NCBI GenBank assembly: GCA_964619725.1
Contig: CAZUFC010000017.1
Span: 21,708-85,707 of the forward strand
Source: an uncultured bacterium
GTDB lineage: Bacteria; CSSED10-310; CAZUFC01
Direction: 5' to 3'
Length of the DNA stretch: 64,000 bases
Positions within the stretch are counted from its first letter, which is position 1. Each line of letters opens with the position of its first letter. Shown here piece after piece: positions 58,543 to 64,000 of this stretch. The notes below the pieces were generated by a model, which was not told the DNA's origin, ran no database searches, and worked only from the letters and a program-made list of their open reading frames with translations. The position numbers were made by a program, and so were the translations under genes.

Positions 58543-59109
58543 CTATTCCTCCTGTTTCCCTGTCAGCGGCAATAACTTTTCCCGAAAACAAGGCCGAAAA
58601 TGCCGACTCACCTGTCTCTCCATACAAGTCAGCTCAAAATGATTGAAATACTAATATCCATGCTACTTGAAGTTCCCCGGCCTTCAGAACCTGCTCAGTT
58701 ATCGCTCGCAATCCTTTGTCAGTATACTGATATACTCCGATATTTCAAAATTAAAAGTAATTGAAATCCCCCGAATATACTGATAATTATTTAATGACTG
58801 TCTCGTTGAATTACAAAAAATGCTCCGAATAACGAAAGGCGCATCTCCTGACATTGATTGATAATGAATTGTGAAATGATTAACGAAAACTCAACAATTA
58901 TGGAAATTATTCTAAACCGTAACGACCATCATCGTAAATCCTCATTAACATCAGAACTCTTGTTTGAATTTCAATTAATCTATGCTCTTCTGCCGGATAT
59001 AAAGGGGACTTAAAGCTGCGCAATCTTTATGCCGAGACGCGGTGCAGGATAATATAATGAATTCAATATGTTAAAATTTCCTCGTCGGGAGTTCTGAAAG
59101 GAGGATAAA

Positions 59110-59790
59110 ATGGAAGCGCCTTCATACCTGATGCCGCGCCCGCCATTGGATTTAAACGATGAAAAATGCACAGCATTCGACCGCCTTTATATCGCCTCGG
59201 CTAAAACCCCGCAAGGAAAAAGCATCGACTATGACCTTCCCTATCCAAAATGGCATTTTTTATCTTACCTGGGCGAGATGCACGACATAGTTCTGCACGG
59301 ATCATGGAACAAAGATATTTCGAGGATTGAGCCTCAACGCGCGCAGGATGTCAGAGCTTTCAGCGCTCAACGGGCGATCTATGCAACTACGGACGGTATA
59401 TGGGCCATATTCTTCGCCATCCTGGACCGTAAAAACCATACTTTGGGTCTATTCAATTCCTGTCTGCAGGCCAGGCTCCCCACTGGAGAACTAAGCGAAC
59501 CGCTATACTTTTTTTCCATAAACGATGACGCTCTGAAATGCCGGCCCTGGAGCCAGGGAGCGGTCTATATGCTGCCGAAGGAACATTTTGAACAGGAACC
59601 GCCCCAGCGGCATCAAGGTATCGAAGTAGTCTTTCCTCACTGGATAGGGAAAGTTGAGACCGTCCCTGTTGCAAAATTGATCGTTGGGCCGGACGACTTC
59701 CCCTTCCTGAAAAATGTTCGCGGCCATAACCAGGAGCGTCTGCTGAAACGAATGTCCGAAGACCCGGATGGTTTCCCATGGCTGGAATAG
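59110..59790 (+). CDS. Hypothetical protein, possible ADP-ribosyltransferase-like fold
   Basis: GGAGG RBS; VLHGS...IEP...AIYATTD pattern. Confidence 0.6.
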   Translation: MEAPSYLMPRPPLDLNDEKCTAFDRLYIASAKTPQGKSIDYDLPYPKWHFLSYLGEMHDIVLHGSWNKDISRIEPQRAQDVRAFSAQRAIYATTDGIWAIFFAILDRKNHTLGLFNSCLQARLPTGELSEPLYFFSINDDALKCRPWSQGAVYMLPKEHFEQEPPQRHQGIEVVFPHWIGKVETVPVAKLIVGPDDFPFLKNVRGHNQERLLKRMSEDPDGFPWLE

Positions 59791-59941
59791 CGCCTGTTCG
59801 CCCCGGCATGCCGAGTTAAAAATGAGTTTGCGGACCGGCGCTTTATGAGTAAAAAAAATCGCCGAATGCCGGCGCCGGCCTTGTCTTCATCTTTGCAGAC
59901 TTTTACAATTGAAAATGAAATTAATACTCAAGGGAGGCTCT

Positions 59942-60319
59942 ATGAACAACCAGGACCCTAAACTAACGGCGCTGCTCTTCAATGAATGCATCAACAAAAA
60001 AAATATTGAAGGGCTGATTTCATTAATGGCGGATGATCATAAGCTTGTCTGCCATGGCGAAACGGGCGCCGAAGGCAAGGAAGCCAACAGACAAGCCTGG
60101 ACATCTTTTTTCAAAAATTATCCCGATTACCTGAATCACATTTCCAGGATCGAATCCAAAGCTGACTTCGTAGTCATGATCGGACACAGTGAATGCAACA
60201 CTGAAAAAAGCTTGAACGGTAAAGCCCTGTGGAGCGCTGAGGTCAAAAACGATAAGGTTGCGGAATGGCAGGTGTACGAAGATACCGGTGAAAACAGAAA
60301 TAATCTGGGCCTTCAATAG
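59942..60319 (+). CDS. SnoaL/NTF2-like protein
   Basis: FNECIN..NIEGL..LMADDH...GKE..RQAW..FF..YPDY; GGGAGG RBS. Confidence 0.85.
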   Translation: MNNQDPKLTALLFNECINKKNIEGLISLMADDHKLVCHGETGAEGKEANRQAWTSFFKNYPDYLNHISRIESKADFVVMIGHSECNTEKSLNGKALWSAEVKNDKVAEWQVYEDTGENRNNLGLQ

Positions 60320-60480
60320 CGGATGCCCGCAGAATGCTTTTGAAAAGATAACCAGGCGCAGGCAGGCGTTGAATAGCGCCGTTATATCGCTTAAGTCCGT
60401 TTTTCTTTTAATTTAACAGAATACATGAAATGGGAGAGCATCAAATCGTTTCATAATCTGATCCTGAAGAAAGGGACATC

Positions 60481-60966
60481 ATGAAAAAAATCTTCATTGC
60501 CGCCTTTATCGCCGATATCGTTTTAACGGCTGTTTCACTGATTATTATGCCCGATCGGGTCGCTGTCCATTTCGGGCTCCACGGATCGCCCGATGCCTGG
60601 GCTTCCAAACAAACCAACGCCTTTTTCTTCCTGCTCCTCCTAATCCCGCTTTTCCTTCTTCTTTTTTATTCTCCCCGGCTCATTCTCCGAACGCCTCCCT
60701 GGATGCTTAATCTGCCGAATAAACATTATTGGTTGAAAGAAGAAAACAAACCGGAATTAAAAAGAAAATTCGAACGCCTTATTTATCGGTTCGGTTTCGC
60801 CCTGTTCCTTTTTTTCTTTTGCATTTTAATTCTGACGATAAGCGCCAATCTCTCGGAACCCGTTCGCCTTGAGGAGACGCTTTTTATCCCCGCCGTCGTT
60901 CTCTTCCTCGGTTACACGGCAATCTGGTGCATTTCGCTTTACAGGTCTTTCAAAATACCCGGATGA
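60481..60966 (+). CDS. DUF1648 (SdpI-like) membrane protein
   Basis: MPDRVAVHFGLHGSPDAW motif; four TM helices. Confidence 0.82.
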   Translation: MKKIFIAAFIADIVLTAVSLIIMPDRVAVHFGLHGSPDAWASKQTNAFFFLLLLIPLFLLLFYSPRLILRTPPWMLNLPNKHYWLKEENKPELKRKFERLIYRFGFALFLFFFCILILTISANLSEPVRLEETLFIPAVVLFLGYTAIWCISLYRSFKIPG

Positions 60967-60980
60967 CAAGGATGTTTGAC

Positions 60981-61427
60981 ATGAATAATATAGTTAAAAA
61001 ATTTGAAAAAATAATCGTATTGTCTTTGCTGGGATTGATGATGCCCGCAGTGCTGCTATCTACTATCGAACTTGGAGTCATAATGGTTCAACAACTCGCC
61101 ACTCCGCCTATGTTCCTGCTCGATATCAAAAAGATGCTCGAAGTGTTCGGATTCTTCCTGATGGTTCTGATCGGAGTGGAACTGCTGGAGAGTCTGAAAG
61201 CTTATTTGCAGGAGGATAGAGTTCGTGCGGAGGTAGTTTTTCTTGTTGCGCTGGTCGCAGTATCCAGAAAAGTGATCATCCTGGATTACAAGGAAATGGA
61301 GCCGGAAGTGATTTTCGGCATGTCCGCCCTGGTCGTTTCGCTGGGGATAGGCTATTTCCTCGTGCGGCGAGCCCTCTATACCTGCAAGTACGACAGTGAA
61401 GTGAAGCAGGATAACGAAAATGAATAA
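60981..61427 (+). CDS. Phosphate-starvation-inducible PsiE-family membrane protein
   Basis: VLIGVELLES..AY...EVVFLVALVAVSRKVIILD. Confidence 0.85.
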   Translation: MNNIVKKFEKIIVLSLLGLMMPAVLLSTIELGVIMVQQLATPPMFLLDIKKMLEVFGFFLMVLIGVELLESLKAYLQEDRVRAEVVFLVALVAVSRKVIILDYKEMEPEVIFGMSALVVSLGIGYFLVRRALYTCKYDSEVKQDNENE

Positions 61428-62325
61428 AACCGTCAGCGATCAAATTGTTTTTGTGACGCTGGTCCGTTCCCCCTTCGAGATGAAGTGCGCTCGCCTGCTT
61501 ATCGACGGTATTCGTTCATTCGGCGGTTACATGAGCCGCTGTGACGTATGGCTCTTCTATACCAGCCGCGCCGTAATCGAATCCCGGAATCTCGACGCTG
61601 TCGGAGTCCGGGTATTTTCGTTGGATTTACCGGATTGGGCTGAAGGATATTATTTCGCAGACAAAACTTATGCCTGTTTTCAAGCCGAAAAAAAAGCCTC
61701 CGCAGACGTTGGTTCGCTGATCTGGATCGATCCCGTTTGCCTTGTCGTTAATCCACCCGTACTGTTCGATCTCAAGAAAAAATTCGATGCTGCCGTCAGA
61801 CCCGTGCACATCAGAAATGTAGGCATTCCCCCTTCACAAAATCCCGACGGATTCTGGAAAAAAATATTTGAAGCCGTCGGCGTCGACGAAATCCAGACAA
61901 CTCTTGAAACCTTCGTAGACAAACAAATCATCCGCTCCTATTTCAATACGCACGCCTTTGCTGTTGATCCCGCTGAAAAACTCCTCGGCAAATGGTGCGC
62001 TCTCTTCGAATCCCTGGTAAAAAATGAAAAATATCAGGAAAATCATTGCAGCGACGAAACTCACCGCATATTTCTCCACCAGGCCCTATTCAGCGCCCTG
62101 CTCGCAACGAATATAGAAAAAAACAGGCTGCGAATCCTGCAGCCCGATTATAACTACCCCTACAATCTGCAAATGCATGTGCCGGAAGCAAGAAAAGCCG
62201 ATTCACTCAATAATCTGGTCTGTTTCGCTTATGAAAATCGCTCCCTTAACCCGCATATCATTAACGATATTGAAGTCCGAGAACCGCTGAAGTCTTGGCT
62301 GTCAAACCGCATCGCCGATTCATGA
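61420..62325 (+). CDS. Hypothetical protein, GT-A/GT8-like
   Basis: SIRxFGG-like start (GIRSFGG), FADK, LIWIDP (degenerate DxD), YFNT, HQALF and YNYP. Confidence 0.55.
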   Translation: MNKTVSDQIVFVTLVRSPFEMKCARLLIDGIRSFGGYMSRCDVWLFYTSRAVIESRNLDAVGVRVFSLDLPDWAEGYYFADKTYACFQAEKKASADVGSLIWIDPVCLVVNPPVLFDLKKKFDAAVRPVHIRNVGIPPSQNPDGFWKKIFEAVGVDEIQTTLETFVDKQIIRSYFNTHAFAVDPAEKLLGKWCALFESLVKNEKYQENHCSDETHRIFLHQALFSALLATNIEKNRLRILQPDYNYPYNLQMHVPEARKADSLNNLVCFAYENRSLNPHIINDIEVREPLKSWLSNRIADS

Positions 62326-62430
62326 CGTGGGGCTGCGCTTCCTCGCACGCCTCTTATTGCCGACCTTCACGAATTGATCGGATGACTCTGCTAACCGGTT
62401 GAATGTGCAGAGAATCAAAGGAGGCACAAG

Positions 62431-63729
62431 TTGAAAGCCCAAAAACGATTCAGAAGTTGCTTTCAAAGCATCATCCTGATGTTGTCTGCGCTGCTTCTTT
62501 TCAGTGCTGATGCATATGATGAGGGTAACGACAACCATATTTCTTTATCGGAGGAATCTATAGAGAAACAACGTTTAATCGACGCAATGGATGTAAAAAT
62601 CAACAAAGCTCTGACGATGAAAGGCCGACTTGAAGAATTAAAAAAGGAAGCCTACATCTTACAGGAAAAAATGCGACAAGCTGCGGAAAACCTGGGAAAG
62701 AAACCTTCCTTTAGCGAAATATTGTCGTCCTTCGAAAATTTGGCTGTTCAAGCAGGTCTGAAACCCCTGAAGTTCAGTCCGGCAGGTGAAAGGAAAAGAG
62801 ACTTTTATGGTGAGCTTCCCATTAACGTCGAATTATCGGGAACATTTTATGATTTGGGCGCATTCTTTGAGAAAATTGCTCGTGAATCACGGATCATAAA
62901 TATAAGCAATTTAAATGTTCAGGGATCAGCAGGTCATAAATCAAAATCTAAAGCTGAAATTGTAAAAGCATCCTGCACATTAACCGCCTTCTGGTTTCTG
63001 GGCGATCCTTCGCTTGAAAACACCTCCAAAAAGGAGAGCCTCTCTTTAAACGATCATGGATTAAATCAGCTCTCTGATTATCATTTTTCGCGGTTCGCTG
63101 ACCAGGAAAAAAATCTTGATGACATCATTCGTGAACAGAGGAAGCTGCTCCGACAAGTTGACGTCGTTATCGAACAGTTTCTTGCTTACGAAAGGAGAAC
63201 GTCATCTCTTGAGGATAAATTGAGGACGGTTGAGCAGTTAAAAAGAAATCAGCGAGTTCCCCCGTTACTGTTTGAAGAAATAGCACGGAGATTTCCGGGA
63301 GGTTTATGGTTGACAGGTCTTGAGAATACGGGAGACGCTTTAACATTGGAAGGATACGGTTTAGCAAGGACGGCAGCGGAAGAATTCGCCGCTGAACTTG
63401 ATGATTCTAACCTGTTTAAAGACATCAGAATTTACAGATTAAAAGAAATAAAGGATAACGAACAAAATATTCACCAATTCGAAATTATCGGAAAAATAAA
63501 TTTAAACAACACGGACGCCATGTTCAAAAAAATTAAATCATTCAATTACAGTCCATCTGTTTTTCGCGGTATTTTCGGCTCCTTACTTCATAATGAATTA
63601 AATCCACCGCCGCAAAAAACGACGGGAATCAGAGGGATGAAAATTTCGGAAATTACGCTTGCCGGAATAATGAAGACTCCTGACGGTATATTGCAGTTTT
63701 TGAGGGTTCGGACGGAAAAAGCTATTTAG
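62431..63729 (+). CDS. PilO-PilN-(partial PilP) fusion, C-terminally disrupted
   Basis: PilO: GL...F.P..E...FYGELPINVELSGTFYDLG.FF..IA..SRIINI. PilN: L...VEQLK.NQ..P..LFEEIA...P..LWLT.L...LTLEG. PilP-like: GIRGMKISEITLAGI. Confidence 0.75.
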   Translation: MKAQKRFRSCFQSIILMLSALLLFSADAYDEGNDNHISLSEESIEKQRLIDAMDVKINKALTMKGRLEELKKEAYILQEKMRQAAENLGKKPSFSEILSSFENLAVQAGLKPLKFSPAGERKRDFYGELPINVELSGTFYDLGAFFEKIARESRIINISNLNVQGSAGHKSKSKAEIVKASCTLTAFWFLGDPSLENTSKKESLSLNDHGLNQLSDYHFSRFADQEKNLDDIIREQRKLLRQVDVVIEQFLAYERRTSSLEDKLRTVEQLKRNQRVPPLLFEEIARRFPGGLWLTGLENTGDALTLEGYGLARTAAEEFAAELDDSNLFKDIRIYRLKEIKDNEQNIHQFEIIGKINLNNTDAMFKKIKSFNYSPSVFRGIFGSLLHNELNPPPQKTTGIRGMKISEITLAGIMKTPDGILQFLRVRTEKAI

Positions 63730-64000
63730 TTTTTGTCCATAAACGGCGAATTTTCCCTAATGCTGCTTCAGGCTTCGGATTTGCTCAGTCAACGTATAAT
63801 AAATACGCCTTCTTCGTAAATCCTTGCCTTCCTTGCCTTGAGAAAAATTCGCTCGTTTATGGATCAAAAACCCAAGTGGCTGTCCAGCATTAAATTTTGA
63901 ATCGACAATCGAGTTTATGGACAGGCACTATTTAGTTTTTGTCCATAAACGGCGAATTTTTCCCAATTCTGCATCTGTCTTCGGATTTGCTCAGTCAACG
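63722..64000. mobile_element. MITE-like tandem element (unit about 206 bp) with TAG...GTCCATAAAC / GTTTATGGAC...CTA ends
   Basis: CTATTTAGTTTTTGTCCATAAACGGCGAATTTT at 63722 and 63928; inverted ends CGTTTATGGATCAAAAAC (approx. 63855) and GTTTATGGACAGGCACTA (approx. 63913). No transposase seen. Confidence 0.65.

Noticed and set aside
59790-62430. Integron cassette array (small, unrelated, co-oriented genes)
   Set aside because: Only one short ATAAC...GTTAT imperfect hairpin near 60348-60386, too short for attC and without paired L boxes; no integrase present.
63722-64000. CRISPR array
   Set aside because: The units are ~206 bp and similar along their length, with no unique 30-40-nt spacers and no cas genes.

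Overview
A 64-kb stretch of chromosome from a diderm, probably anaerobic, uncultured-type bacterium. Diderm status rests on two outer-membrane beta-barrel genes; Tat Fe-S proteins and sigma-54 regulators resemble Desulfobacterota/Acidobacteriota-like lineages, and the taxonomy is an inference. Housekeeping genes (5' part of tig, tRNA-Leu(TAG), argS, tRNA-Val(CAC), rlmN, mnmE-mnmG, lipA, PBP1A, a CNNM pair, opp-type ABC components, VapBC) alternate with large secreted or surface proteins. These include an S8 protease with an IPTL-CTERM-like tail, a DxxGxDxY-repeat/HEAT protein, a DOMON-like/beta-barrel fusion, a collagen/S74 fibre, and an RHS protein with a beta-helix partner. The most notable candidates are: (1) a sigma-54-type promoter with IHF and enhancer sites that drives a pseudoknotted RNA plus a 26-codon ORF in an otherwise empty intergenic region (19.66-20.17 kb); (2) a Sec-type pseudo-transglutaminase/RHS cage with no immunity gene, followed by an adhesin that starts with an orphan YD hairpin (49.6-58.5 kb); (3) an ArsR-controlled Cys/His repeat mini-protein; (4) a PilO-PilN-PilP single-chain fusion broken by a frameshift and a MITE-like repeat; and (5) receiver domains fused to a lone GspE/PilB N2 domain and to a GcvH-like domain. 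No CRISPR array, rRNA, transposase or prophage was seen. All calls come from reading motifs by eye; no database searches were run.
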